Below are positions 8,602 through 20,100 of a DNA stretch of 39,334 nt, one piece after another. The stretch is from a virus (Duplodnaviria > Caudoviricetes), in the IMG/VR virus record IMGVR_UViG_3300044267_003466, positions 1-39,334 of that record. One strand, 5' to 3'. Both the position numbers and the translations under genes were made by a program. The notes beneath the pieces were generated by a model, which was given only the letters and a program-made list of their open reading frames with translations, made no database searches and was not told the origin of the DNA. How positions within the stretch are numbered: position 1 is the first letter of the stretch; each line of letters starts with the position of its first letter.

Positions 8602-11600
8602 TCACCTATTGTACACATTATTTGCTAATTCAAATGTTCTATCTGCTAATACATTTGCATTAGGGTCATCATTTAAGTACCCAAAATATAGGTTATCATA
8701 ATCTACTTTATCTTGCATTAGGTCAAGTTTTTGTTGTGCTTCTGCCATACCGTTGTATATTTCGTCCTCTGGGTCTACATTCCGTACTTCTGGGTATTCA
8801 GCAAGTTGTGCATTATTTCCTGCTATGTAGTTTTCTATTGCATTAAATGCAGGTTGCCATATTATATCTGCTAACTTTTCTGCAGGAGAACGATTTGCTA
8901 CTCGTTGTAGTGCATCTAATCCCTCTTTACCCATTTGCCTCCAAAATGTTTCTTCCATAAGTTCCACTTCCCATGCTTCTCCATTCTTTAACACGTTATT
9001 TCTCTTCCTAATAAGGTTTACTATATCAGGCATTTCTTGTCCTAAACCAACAATTAAGTTGCCTATCTCATATATAGCCCAGGCTTTACCTAAAAAAGCT
9101 ATTGGAGCGGCTGCTGCTGCTGCACCTGCAGCACCTAAACCTCTAGCTATTGCACCTCTAGCTGCAGTTTCTTGAGCTTTCTTGAATCCTGTTGCTATAG
9201 CTACTTCACCTATATCTATAACTTTCCAAGCTAAACCAATTGTCTTACCTAATGGAGTTTTAGAAAATTTTCTCCCCATATCCATAAGTTCTTTTCTCAG
9301 TGGTTTAGGTTTCATAGGTGAATCTTTATGTCTAGTACGTGCTACTACCTCTTCACCTACTCCGTAACCTATATCCTGGTTTATATTATATTCATTAATA
9401 TCTACTACCGAATCAGGTACAGTATCTAGTTCATTAAAATTAAGATTAAAATTTTGTTCACTTCTAGAAATAGAAGTTAATCCCCTGTCAATTGTACTCT
9501 CTTCACCATAAAAATAATGAACACCAAGAGCTTTATCCAATGCCTTATCTAAATTAATTCCCAATTTATGATGAGGTGCGATTATTTCTAATTCTGTAAA
9601 TTTAATACCAATCTGATTAGGAAGGTCTTCCCCAAATAAAGTGGTACCTGTTAGGGGACCAATATGTCCTGCTGTATCACTGTCAAAGAATACAGTATTG
9701 ATACGTTCAATATCTCCACTTCCTCTGATAGCAAATTCAATTTGTCCAACTTCACTCATTGTAAATTGAGCTCTAATAATAATGTCATTGTTCGCTGCTA
9801 CATCTTGTAAGTTTCTCAGGATTTGGTTTGCTCCATTTCCAAACATAGGTGTTTGACTAAGATTGTATAAATCAATAGAAGTACCCGCCTGATGGTATAG
9901 AGGATTATATTGAATTGATTGCCAGAATGTACCAACGTTCATATCGGTATCAGGCAAATTCCTAGGTGCTATACCACCTGAACCACCTGTTACAAGCCCA
10001 TCATTTCCTTTGGTTACTCTTATATCAGATTTATTAATACTGTCAACACCACTAGTTGATATGTAACCTCGCAGTCTTTCTGAAGCAACATTTAATGAAG
10101 TACGTTCAAATTGATATGACTGCAGACCCATGGCATGAGCAACTCTACCCATAGGAAACATTCGTGCTTCAAGGTTAGGTGGTTGTTGTCGAGACACAGC
10201 TAAATCAGAGTTTCTCGATATTGTCATGGTATCTAAATCAGAATCATTGGATACTTCCATTATAGTTTCTTTTAATACTCTTAGAGCTACAGGGTCTGCA
10301 TCATTAAAACCAATATGAGCAGCGTCACCGAATGATACATCTCCATCAATTCCTTTTATATCCAAATGTAATACAAAATATTGTCTTCTATTACTTTCAC
10401 GTACTATTCCTACTTCTATAAAATTTTGTTGGGATGATGAAGGAGATACTTCTATGTCCATAGCAACAACCCTATCCGTGTGACCAGGTAAAGCAGGTGA
10501 TGCAGCTTCTACTTTATTTAGATTCTTTATATATTCGTGTCGGAAATAATCAGATATTTTCTTATGACGTGCAGTATTAACTTCTGGTGTTCCAGGATAA
10601 TGGTTTTTATAATCTAGTTCAAACATGTTTTCTAAACTACCGTATAGAGTCCTCAATGAGTTAAGTTCGGGGTCGCTTGAAGAAAACTCAGGCATAGCAG
10701 TATGGTATGAGCTAAACCTTGATTCTGATAACATGCTAGGAGGATATGGATATACTTCATCTGGGACGAAAGCTACAATATCTGTATCACGAATCAGTTC
10801 TTCCATTTGAGTAAGAATACTCTCTGAAAGGGTTTCATCATAATCTCCCATAGCATCTTGATACGCTTGGATTTGTTGGTAAAGAGAATGAGAGGTTGCG
10901 TGTATTCCTGGAGGTGCTATTCCTGCAGTTTGTGTGACTTGCCTTACATCAGCAGCACTTTCTGGTTCTGGTGTAGATTCACTTTGTATCCTGTAAGATT
11001 CATCTCTGTATGTCTCTAATGTTGCTTCAGGTAATTGTTTAGCTTCTTCTACAGTTGAATACTGACCTCTTGCTTCCTCTATTTGAGTTTTAATTTCAGG
11101 GTATTCATCTATATTTTCTAGTACGTCTGAATAGACATACTCGAGGACACTATCAGCTAATTCATCCCTATCTACGTCAAACACATCCAGCCCACTTATA
11201 TCATAGGAAATCTTTCTGTTAGAAGTTTCCAAATTCTCTATTGAAGCTATCTTTATGTCCTGGTCTGCTGTTCGCTCAGCTATGTGTGTTTTTAACATAC
11301 TTAGAAAATCTACATCATCTCCTGGTGTTTCAAGTTCATAAAAAATATGATGAAGAAATGTAGGTTCCTTGACAAGTATCCCTGCTATATGGCTTGGCTG
11401 TATAGCGGGTTGGGAGGTACTAGTCCCACTATTTAGTACGTTCAGCGTATTAATATCTGCAACCATTCCTTCTGCTGCATCTAAATTGTCTATTTTTTCT
11501 GCAAATAATTTCATTATTCCTGCTGAATCAGCTTCTCCTTCAAAACTAAATAATGTATCAAACACAAGACTTCTACGGATTCGTGCTGCATCTCTCTCAT

Positions 11601-13899
11601 TATATCCTCGTCTAAAAGAGAGATAACTAGAATTGGTATCATAATTACCTTCTAACATTGAAATCAGAATTTGCCCTCTTGCTGTATCCAATATGTTTTT
11701 ACTTTTTCTGATTTCAAATGATGTAGATGTCATATCACCATAACTAGGTTCGCTATTGTATGCAGTTGTTGGTCTACGACTCCATATAATTTTGAAATAT
11801 GGAGAAAATCTTCCTGGCATACGCTTCCTATCAATACCAACACTAGAAGTTAGATTTCTTATCTCTTCTGGAACAGGGATTCGAGTTTGTGTTTGGGGTC
11901 CATCATAATAAACCTTTCCGTCTGATAAATCTTGAATATCAGCACCCCTAGTCGGAAGAAACCCGTATTGGGTATATATTGGTGCAACCTGATAATTAAT
12001 AGGACCATTTGATAATACGAAACCGTGTTTGTCAGCCATTTTCATAACCTGTCTAAAAAACGAATCACCAGTCCTAATCATTAGGTTACCCTTTATATTC
12101 TTAAATCGGGTGGGAGAAAGACTTCCGCCTTCGTCTAAAGATATTAAATCAGGAAAAAATCCTATAGTAGCATCATCAGAAAAATCAATAATGTTAGATA
12201 CTATCGCATCTGGATATACACCAATGGAGTTGGCATATCCTCTACCTACTCTTTGGGAAGCATCTGATGAAGTAATAGTTGTTAAGATAGGTGTTCCATC
12301 TGGAGCTACAAAAGAAAGACCCGCAATAGAGCCTGGAGAATTTTTTATTTCCCTTTCCACCAATTCTCTAGCTAGAAATGTAGCACTACCTCTCTTCCTT
12401 CCCCATCTTTTTCCTAGTTCATCAGGGTCTCCATTCTTAACTAGATGTTTAATGAGTTTCTTATACCGACCAGAATATGTAGCCCTCCAATACATTCTTT
12501 CAAATACACCCTGACTCTTAGTTCCCAATAAGTAGGAATCACCTATGGTCATGTCGTTTAGTAAAGCACGAAATATACTTTGTTCAGTCATAGACTTTCC
12601 TGTGTAAACACTGTGATATAAGCTGTTAATAATTTCATATAGAATGTCTTGTGACTTCTTAGTGGTTTGTTTAATAAACAAAGGTCCCTTGGATGCTCCA
12701 GTATCTCCCGTTATTTGAGCTACCTTATAATTTGATAACTCATCTAACGTAAATTTATCCTCCATAGCTTTAGACCGTGGATTAGATATAATTTCATTAT
12801 GCAATTTTGCTAATTTGTTTTTTGCTGTTTCTACACCTTCTGGAAATATATAGCGTTGATTCAAATTCTGTTTTCCTGTTTGTCTATCATGCAACATATA
12901 TTCCACTTCCATATCATCTTTATCAAAATTACCGAATTTTTCTCCTTTCTCCCACTCATGTTTTGCAAGAACGAACAGCTCGTCATCTGCTACTAACTCA
13001 TTTTTTATATCGGAAAATGTGGAAGAATCTTTCATTTTAGGATAATCAGAAGCAATAATTAAATTGTTATCTTTTGCAAATTTCCTCATTGCAGGACCTG
13101 CTACATCAATATCATCAATCTTTTTAATCGTCTCTTCAGGTAAATCATGCAACTCATCATACGTTGTTTGATAATCTTTGAAAGCTGAACCGTTGCTATC
13201 GCTATGCTTTTTGTGAATCCATCCGTATAGTTCAGGAAGTTCAGGTACTAGACCTGTATCTACAGTACGAGCTGCAAGTGAGTTATGGTTTAGTTTACCT
13301 GCCGTAAAGCTGTCTGTAGTTAGATTAAATCTTCGTTCTAATTCCTCTATTAAAACTCCTCTATTTTGAAATTCTAAATAAATAGAATCTAATTTTAACT
13401 CTTCTGGAATATCTGGATTATCTTCAAGTAGTGCTTCATAAAGGTCTACATACAATTGGTGTAGTTCTTCAGTAACTGCGTGAGAACGATATACGTCAGT
13501 ATCGGATGTTCTAATTTCACGAACTCCAGTATTTGCATCAATTTCGGGTAATTCGGGTGATACTTCTGCAGTTGCTCCTTGTTCAACCTGGTCACCAGTA
13601 AATATATTATCCATACTTGGATTGTCTGTAACATATGCGTTTCTACGTTCAATTATTGTTTCAACAACACGAGTTAAGCTATTTATATCTGCAGAACCAT
13701 ATTGACTAGTTATATAACGTGCAATTTCCTCGGGGTTTCTATTAGTTTCTATAAATTCTAATAATTTCTGTACTAAATTATGTTGTTCTACTGTCTCTAA
13801 ATCTGAATATTTATCTAATAAATTTTCTACACCCCGAGTATTCTCAAGTATAAGTTCTAATTCCCACTTAATATTTTCAATAAATCCTGCAATAGACAT
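8602..13899 (-). CDS. Giant (1765 aa) putative ejected protein with possible GNAT-like modules
   Basis: Long ORF in the virion operon with an Ala/Gly hydrophobic stretch near the C-terminus and two GNAT-like segments (see findings). Confidence 0.5.
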   Translation of the reverse strand: MSIAGFIENIKWELELILENTRGVENLLDKYSDLETVEQHNLVQKLLEFIETNRNPEEIARYITSQYGSADINSLTRVVETIIERRNAYVTDNPSMDNIFTGDQVEQGATAEVSPELPEIDANTGVREIRTSDTDVYRSHAVTEELHQLYVDLYEALLEDNPDIPEELKLDSIYLEFQNRGVLIEELERRFNLTTDSFTAGKLNHNSLAARTVDTGLVPELPELYGWIHKKHSDSNGSAFKDYQTTYDELHDLPEETIKKIDDIDVAGPAMRKFAKDNNLIIASDYPKMKDSSTFSDIKNELVADDELFVLAKHEWEKGEKFGNFDKDDMEVEYMLHDRQTGKQNLNQRYIFPEGVETAKNKLAKLHNEIISNPRSKAMEDKFTLDELSNYKVAQITGDTGASKGPLFIKQTTKKSQDILYEIINSLYHSVYTGKSMTEQSIFRALLNDMTIGDSYLLGTKSQGVFERMYWRATYSGRYKKLIKHLVKNGDPDELGKRWGRKRGSATFLARELVEREIKNSPGSIAGLSFVAPDGTPILTTITSSDASQRVGRGYANSIGVYPDAIVSNIIDFSDDATIGFFPDLISLDEGGSLSPTRFKNIKGNLMIRTGDSFFRQVMKMADKHGFVLSNGPINYQVAPIYTQYGFLPTRGADIQDLSDGKVYYDGPQTQTRIPVPEEIRNLTSSVGIDRKRMPGRFSPYFKIIWSRRPTTAYNSEPSYGDMTSTSFEIRKSKNILDTARGQILISMLEGNYDTNSSYLSFRRGYNERDAARIRRSLVFDTLFSFEGEADSAGIMKLFAEKIDNLDAAEGMVADINTLNVLNSGTSTSQPAIQPSHIAGILVKEPTFLHHIFYELETPGDDVDFLSMLKTHIAERTADQDIKIASIENLETSNRKISYDISGLDVFDVDRDELADSVLEYVYSDVLENIDEYPEIKTQIEEARGQYSTVEEAKQLPEATLETYRDESYRIQSESTPEPESAADVRQVTQTAGIAPPGIHATSHSLYQQIQAYQDAMGDYDETLSESILTQMEELIRDTDIVAFVPDEVYPYPPSMLSESRFSSYHTAMPEFSSSDPELNSLRTLYGSLENMFELDYKNHYPGTPEVNTARHKKISDYFRHEYIKNLNKVEAASPALPGHTDRVVAMDIEVSPSSSQQNFIEVGIVRESNRRQYFVLHLDIKGIDGDVSFGDAAHIGFNDADPVALRVLKETIMEVSNDSDLDTMTISRNSDLAVSRQQPPNLEARMFPMGRVAHAMGLQSYQFERTSLNVASERLRGYISTSGVDSINKSDIRVTKGNDGLVTGGSGGIAPRNLPDTDMNVGTFWQSIQYNPLYHQAGTSIDLYNLSQTPMFGNGANQILRNLQDVAANNDIIIRAQFTMSEVGQIEFAIRGSGDIERINTVFFDSDTAGHIGPLTGTTLFGEDLPNQIGIKFTELEIIAPHHKLGINLDKALDKALGVHYFYGEESTIDRGLTSISRSEQNFNLNFNELDTVPDSVVDINEYNINQDIGYGVGEEVVARTRHKDSPMKPKPLRKELMDMGRKFSKTPLGKTIGLAWKVIDIGEVAIATGFKKAQETAARGAIARGLGAAGAAAAAAPIAFLGKAWAIYEIGNLIVGLGQEMPDIVNLIRKRNNVLKNGEAWEVELMEETFWRQMGKEGLDALQRVANRSPAEKLADIIWQPAFNAIENYIAGNNAQLAEYPEVRNVDPEDEIYNGMAEAQQKLDLMQDKVDYDNLYFGYLNDDPNANVLADRTFELANNVYNR

Positions 13900-14106
13900 C
13901 TAGAAACCACCTAAAAATTTAACTTCATCTAACGCTTCAGTAATAGTATCGCCTGATTCTATTAGCATTTCGTAAAGCTCTTGAAAATAATCTATGCCTC
14001 CAAATGTTAATTGGTCTCCTTCAATCCAAAGACCACAATCTGATTTGTTTTTCTCTACCCAATCTCTTGATTCCTTTGTAGCTTCAAAGATGTCCATTTC
14101 TGGCAT
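13900..14106 (-). CDS. Hypothetical protein (68 aa)
   Basis: Abuts both neighbours and has a GAGGAG SD. Confidence 0.7.
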   Translation of the reverse strand: MPEMDIFEATKESRDWVEKNKSDCGLWIEGDQLTFGGIDYFQELYEMLIESGDTITEALDEVKFLGGF

Positions 14107-15554
14107 TATCTTCTCCTCAAGAAATCTCTTTGCCTATCTTCTGGTGGAGAGGTTGCTTCAGGGTTATTTTTTTTACCTACTCTTAATATTTTTTCCATAT
14201 TATTTAAGAAAGTATCTGAAGCTCTAGTTTGTGGACCACCTTCACCAAGATTTTGTCCTGGAGGTCTAGCAAATCTAGTGTTGTTAGCTTCTCCACCACT
14301 AACAAATTGGTCACGTGGAACTACCATTCCTGATGAACCAGGAACAACCATCCTTTGACCAGGTGAAGATTCAGACAAATCCACACTAGAAGAAAGTTTG
14401 ATAAAAGGGTTTTTAGTTCTTAGGTAATATGTATAAACATTATGCAAATTTTTCAGGTGGTTAAATCCACTAACTCTATCGGTATAAAATCTATACATAC
14501 TATCTTTTGTAAAACCTTCTGTTTTGTTTAACACAGAACCTTTTACAACTTGACCTGTTTTAGTATCGTAATAATTTGATTGATTATCAAACTCTTCTTC
14601 ATGTAGCATGTCAAGAATATTGCTACCATTACCTTCCATAGTTACATCTCTAATAGTTGCTTGAACAGGAATATGAGGTTTAACTAACTTTCCATATAAT
14701 TCAATTACTTGGTTGTCAGATAAGTCATCTATTTCTGTATTCAATAAAGAGTTTTTAAGATGTCCATTTAGATACCTACCTTCTTTTTCAGATAACCTCT
14801 GGGAGTTGTCCAAAGAAAAATAGCTTTCTTCATCAGAAAACAATTTAGCATTCTTACCCAGGTTTAATTGTTTTTTCATAAAGTCTATGTCCAATGCCAT
14901 ATCAGGTTGCAATCTATTATTCCTAACACCCTCTACTTGTTCTTGGATATACTCAGTCTCTTCTTCTACCTGACCTAAAGGTGGTGTAGTTTGTACATCT
15001 GGAGAAAAGTTACTTGTCCCTTCATAAATAGGTGTTCCACCTTTCTTGATACCGTAAGGGTCAGAATCAACTATATATCTTTCCCCTGCTCGTGGATGAC
15101 CTTCAGGGTATTTTTTTGTATCTTGAACAGTTTCCCAATTATTAATACCGTCATACATTTCTCCTCGTTTTTCAACAGCACCTTGTTGTGCAACGATAAT
15201 TGCAGCAATTGCGTTAAGCTCTGGATTATCTAGAGCAATTGTCATGTCATCATAATTAGCAAATATATCGTATTGTTCTAACACTTTTTTCCATGTAGGA
15301 ATATGTATTTGCCAAGGACCCCTAGAGTTATTGCTGTCTCCTGGAGTATTAGTAGCTACTTGACCTGGATTTGTTTTAGTAGAGAAATCTCCATGTTCAG
15401 CAAATGCAATAGCAATAAATTTTGCTACATCTTCTGGATTATTAGGGTCTAAGTGTAGTTCATCACTAACAAACTCCATTCCCTCATCTTCCAAATACTT
15501 TGCTGCTAACTCAAGAAATTCAGATAGTTGTTGTGCGTTATATTCTTCGTACAT
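14106..15554 (-). CDS. Virion-associated lytic transglycosylase (lysozyme-like domain) protein
   Basis: N-terminal AIAFAEH (candidate catalytic Glu), SRGPWQIH, LDNPELNAIAA and GINNW match the SLT/lysozyme-like motif order. Confidence 0.7.
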   Translation of the reverse strand: MYEEYNAQQLSEFLELAAKYLEDEGMEFVSDELHLDPNNPEDVAKFIAIAFAEHGDFSTKTNPGQVATNTPGDSNNSRGPWQIHIPTWKKVLEQYDIFANYDDMTIALDNPELNAIAAIIVAQQGAVEKRGEMYDGINNWETVQDTKKYPEGHPRAGERYIVDSDPYGIKKGGTPIYEGTSNFSPDVQTTPPLGQVEEETEYIQEQVEGVRNNRLQPDMALDIDFMKKQLNLGKNAKLFSDEESYFSLDNSQRLSEKEGRYLNGHLKNSLLNTEIDDLSDNQVIELYGKLVKPHIPVQATIRDVTMEGNGSNILDMLHEEEFDNQSNYYDTKTGQVVKGSVLNKTEGFTKDSMYRFYTDRVSGFNHLKNLHNVYTYYLRTKNPFIKLSSSVDLSESSPGQRMVVPGSSGMVVPRDQFVSGGEANNTRFARPPGQNLGEGGPQTRASDTFLNNMEKILRVGKKNNPEATSPPEDRQRDFLRRR

Positions 15555-17125
15555 TAGAACGCATCCTCAAATTCCATAAAGTTTTTTCTAAATTGTGCTG
15601 CTTGCAATTTCCTATTCATTAATTCTTGTCCACCTAAAATTCTATCAGCTTCTCGACTTTCAAATATTTTCTCAAGTTCTGCATTAACATCAAAAGGTGT
15701 TAACAATGGTTTCCCTAGCTGTTCTCTAGCTTCTTCAGGAGACGGTAAGGAAACACCAAAACTAACATCTTTGAACTCAGTAGGTTTCGCACCTGGTTTT
15801 CCACCATAACTTACTACTTTATCTCCACCAACTGTATATTCACCTTGTGCTAGTCCCATAATATCTGTTAATGTAAGCTTATTTTTTTCTATCTCTAGTT
15901 CTCTAGCTGCAGCTTGAGACCTTAGTCCTGTAATAATACCTCCATACTTTTGATAATCTTGTGCTGTTGGAGTCAGTCCTTTGGAAAGGAATAGTTCATC
16001 TATAGCTGCTTTTACTTCTGTTTCTGTAGGAGGTAATACTTCTGAGGCATATTGAGATAATTCTTTTTCAAATGGAACGTCTATATCTCTATCTACACTC
16101 TTTTTGAACTCTATATACGGAGCAAGTTGTCCCATAACAGAGGGTGCATCATAATCAATAAATACATTATTTGTAAATTGTGCTTGTAAATCATTAGCAC
16201 TTTGCATCATTGTTGCTAAGAAATTTATTTCACTATTTGCTGATTGAAAATCAATAACCCCTGGAGTAAAGTTATCAATTTTAGATATATCCATACCTAA
16301 CTCCATAAGTTGTTGTTGTATAATAAATGTTTGATGTGCAGACAATCCCTCAAATACATCAGCAGCTTGCCCTATACGAAAATGCGGTGTAATAGGTTCT
16401 CCTGCTTTTGGATGACCTTCAGGGTATCTTAATATTCCTCCTTCAACATCTGTGTACTGATTAGATTCGTTTACTTGTATATCTCTAGATGTATAGAAGT
16501 CTTTAGAACCCCTGTTAACTACTAATCCTTCATCGGTCACCTCTAGTTCGTCACCTGACTTTGGAACTACATTTGGAACTTTAGGGCTATCAGCATCATA
16601 ACGTATAGTTTGTTCTTCACCATCTTCGTCTATATACGTAATATCAGCTTGAACCCAATCTTGTACTCCTTCCTTGAGTGATGATAAAGAATCTCCTAAA
16701 GAGTCCTCACCTTCACGACCAGTAACACCCGACAACTTGAACGTTACTGTACCTGTAGTATTATCAAGTGGATTAGTAAAGCTATGTTCACGTTCCTCTT
16801 CTAAAGCTCTTAAAAATAAATCTAATTTTTCTACGTATGTCTGTAAGTCACCAGAATTTAATATATCTTCTTTGAAACTAAGCTGTTGATTACCAAAGGT
16901 TGGGAAGTTCTCCTCATCAAAAAAATTAAATTGGATATAACCCTTTTGGTCATGGAATAACAATTCTGAAATAGTCAGTTCTAGTTCTTCACCATTTACC
17001 AACATAGAGACTTTTAATATATTGTTTGCTTGGCTAAGTAACTCATCAAAATCTATATATTCTTGGTCTTCATCAAGTTCTGCTAAATAAGCGAGCAAGT
17101 CTTCTATTGATTGTCCTTTTAACAT
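15554..17125 (-). CDS. Putative internal virion protein
   Basis: 523 aa acidic protein, coupled to its neighbours. Confidence 0.45.
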   Translation of the reverse strand: MLKGQSIEDLLAYLAELDEDQEYIDFDELLSQANNILKVSMLVNGEELELTISELLFHDQKGYIQFNFFDEENFPTFGNQQLSFKEDILNSGDLQTYVEKLDLFLRALEEEREHSFTNPLDNTTGTVTFKLSGVTGREGEDSLGDSLSSLKEGVQDWVQADITYIDEDGEEQTIRYDADSPKVPNVVPKSGDELEVTDEGLVVNRGSKDFYTSRDIQVNESNQYTDVEGGILRYPEGHPKAGEPITPHFRIGQAADVFEGLSAHQTFIIQQQLMELGMDISKIDNFTPGVIDFQSANSEINFLATMMQSANDLQAQFTNNVFIDYDAPSVMGQLAPYIEFKKSVDRDIDVPFEKELSQYASEVLPPTETEVKAAIDELFLSKGLTPTAQDYQKYGGIITGLRSQAAARELEIEKNKLTLTDIMGLAQGEYTVGGDKVVSYGGKPGAKPTEFKDVSFGVSLPSPEEAREQLGKPLLTPFDVNAELEKIFESREADRILGGQELMNRKLQAAQFRKNFMEFEDAF

Positions 17126-20100
17126 CTAAAAATCCTTTTCATATCTTCTATTATCTAATTCTTCCCAAAAATTACCTAAGTATATATCTATAAAATTAGT
17201 ATCTCCATACTCTCTAGCTAATTCTCTTGCAAATTTGTCTAATGCTATTCTAACATCAACTGTGTACTCATTGGTACCTTTTAAGTTCCTTGCTTTTTTA
17301 TTAGGAACACCACCCCGACCAACAACAACACCTTCAAATTCTCCACCATTTAATAATACATCTATAGCTTCATCTCTTTTATTCAAATACAGTTGTAATG
17401 GAATATATTCTGGAGAACTTCTTAGCAACGGTTCGTTTTCCCATTGACCAAACTCTATTAATCTCTGTTCAAAAGCTGCTCTAGAAACAGCAACACCTAT
17501 ATTGCCATAACTTATTACACCGTATGATTTTTCTAATCTCTCTCTTTCTGCGGTGTACTTCTCTTGTCTTGTATTATCATTTAGTGTTCTGTCTTTAACT
17601 AACTGTTCTTTGAATTCTTCTAATTCAAACTTGAGTAGAGATTGACTTATTGCAAGTTTGTAGTCGTTCTTAGTTAATAGGTCTGAACCTTCTAGATATG
17701 CAGGGTAAGAAAATTCATCATCCCAACTATCCATCTTTGTGTATATAGCCGTCTGTGGAAAATTCTCCATTAATGCTTTGTTTTCTTTTTTCTGCCAATG
17801 TTCATAAGATTCTACTCTTACAGGATACCTACCTTTTTTTGTAGATTTAGTTTGTCGTAGTGGTATAGGATTCAATCCATATTTGTGAATAAATTGTTGA
17901 GTAGTAACGTAGTAATCATAATCATTACTTTCAAGCATCTTTTGGTATTGCTCTGATAATACCTCTATTCCCCACCAAGTACCATTTTTATCTTCTACTT
18001 GATACCTTGGCTGTATTGCAGTTGGAAAAGCCCATTGAGCTAAACCTCTGATTCTCCAATGTTTAGCTGCTACTGCCTCTGCTTCCTGTAAAGCAATCTT
18101 CATAGACTCTTCATCTTCAGGGTCCCATTTTCCTGCATAGTAATAAAGCATATATATATCCATTACTGTTTTTGCGTAAGAAGCATCTATCTCTTCTGTT
18201 GTACCTTTAGCAAATGGATTTTTCATAAGAAATGATTTCGCATAACCAGGCAATTCATCCAATAAGTTTGTAGAACCACCAGGTTGATTAAAGTTTCCTA
18301 ATAGAAAATCAGACATAAAACGAGGAAACGTCAATAGTTTTGAAAATACCTTATACGGTACTGTAACAATAGGACCAAAACCAGGAGAGAAACCATTTGC
18401 GGCAATAAGGTTAAGACCTTCTAAGAATCCATAAGGTTTTACTCTCACACCTTCATCTGTTAAGTCTTCTCCTAACAATCCACTCTGTAATGGTCTAAAC
18501 CCTAATTGACCTGGTATAGTTGTTATACCGAATGTCATAACATTCATAACATCTATATAATTAAACATCAACTCCCCTGTAACAGGGTCAGTTTCAAAGA
18601 AGGCATTGTCTGTATCCCAAGGCTTTGCTTCTTTCCCTCTGTCAATAGCTATTCTTGTTCTATTGAATTTAGCAGGATTTTCTACAAGTAATTTACCCCA
18701 AGTCTTAAAGACTTCTTGCCATATTTCAGGGAAAGGTACATACGTAGACATAACATCAGACAATACATGCCTATCACTACTTGCATATAAAACATTCTTT
18801 ACTTCTTCCATAGCTTTGTATTTAAGCAATGTTTCTGCTTGTTCTAATGAGGTTACAGAGTTTTCACCTTCTGGTATTTTTGATGCTCTAACTAAATCAT
18901 CCCACAGACTACTTCCCTCTACCCAAGGTTTAGCACCAACTAGAAACTCTTTTTTAACATCATCTGTCATAAGAGGAATTATGTCTTCTGCTAGAGTATA
19001 AAAAGACCATCTAAACAATGGGTCTCTGTTTAAGTAATCTGAAGGTTTTGCCAGTAAATTACTGTACCCTGTACCTATCATGTCATCCCATTTCTGTATA
19101 ACAGAACCCGTAGCTTCTCCCATACTAGTAAATTGAGGATTTCTATTAAATGCCTGTCTCTTTGGTCCAAAACCCAAAACTTGAATTTCTTCTTTGAATA
19201 GCTTTTTCATCTTATTCATAAAATTCTTTTGATATTTTTGGTTACTAGAATTAGCAACTGACCATTTTTCAGCTAGTTCTAGCCAATCCTCTCCCTCTAA
19301 GAATCCACCGTCAGCAATAAAGTCTTTAATCTTTTTAGAACTTTCGGATAAATCAGCTTCATATCTAGGAAAGAGTATTTCCCCACCTTCTTTGAACATT
19401 ATTTGCCTAGCCTGAGCTTCTGATATAGGTCTATTATTACTTCCAAATATTTTTCTTGTATTATTTCCTTGTAATCTAGCTATTTCATATTGTGCAGATT
19501 CTAACCACCTTCTAATTCCTTCTTCGGTGCTTAAATACTTTTGTCTAATTTGTGGGTCATCAGAATTTCTAATCAAATCATCTATATATCTTTTTCCTTG
19601 AGATGTCTTTGTAAAATATTCTAAAGCACCATCCACACCATCTCTTGCAACTACAACATATAGAGGGTCTGATGCTCTATTTATCATATCGTGTATCCAA
19701 CCACTCCAAAAATCGTCTGTAACGTTTCCTTCAGCATCTGTTTTCCATGCCATATCGTAATCTACTAAATCACCACGGTTAGAAGAATTTGGTCTAAATC
19801 TTTTCATTAAGGTACTTTCTGCCATTGCTTGTTTGTAATAGTTGTCAGCATTAAAGAATGAACCTGAAGGTGCAGCTTGTGCATAACCACCTTTTTTAGA
19901 AATAATTGCTCTTGCTGTCCTAAAGTTACTATCAAACATGTATTCAAGTATTTCTCTATGTACTTGAGTATCCATATCAATAACATCTCCAACTGATTTG
20001 TTATACACCTTTAATTTCCATATACTTGAGTCTCGTGTAGGTGTAAGTAGATTATTAATTGGACTGTCACTAGCTATTAATTTTACAACTGAATCATCTA

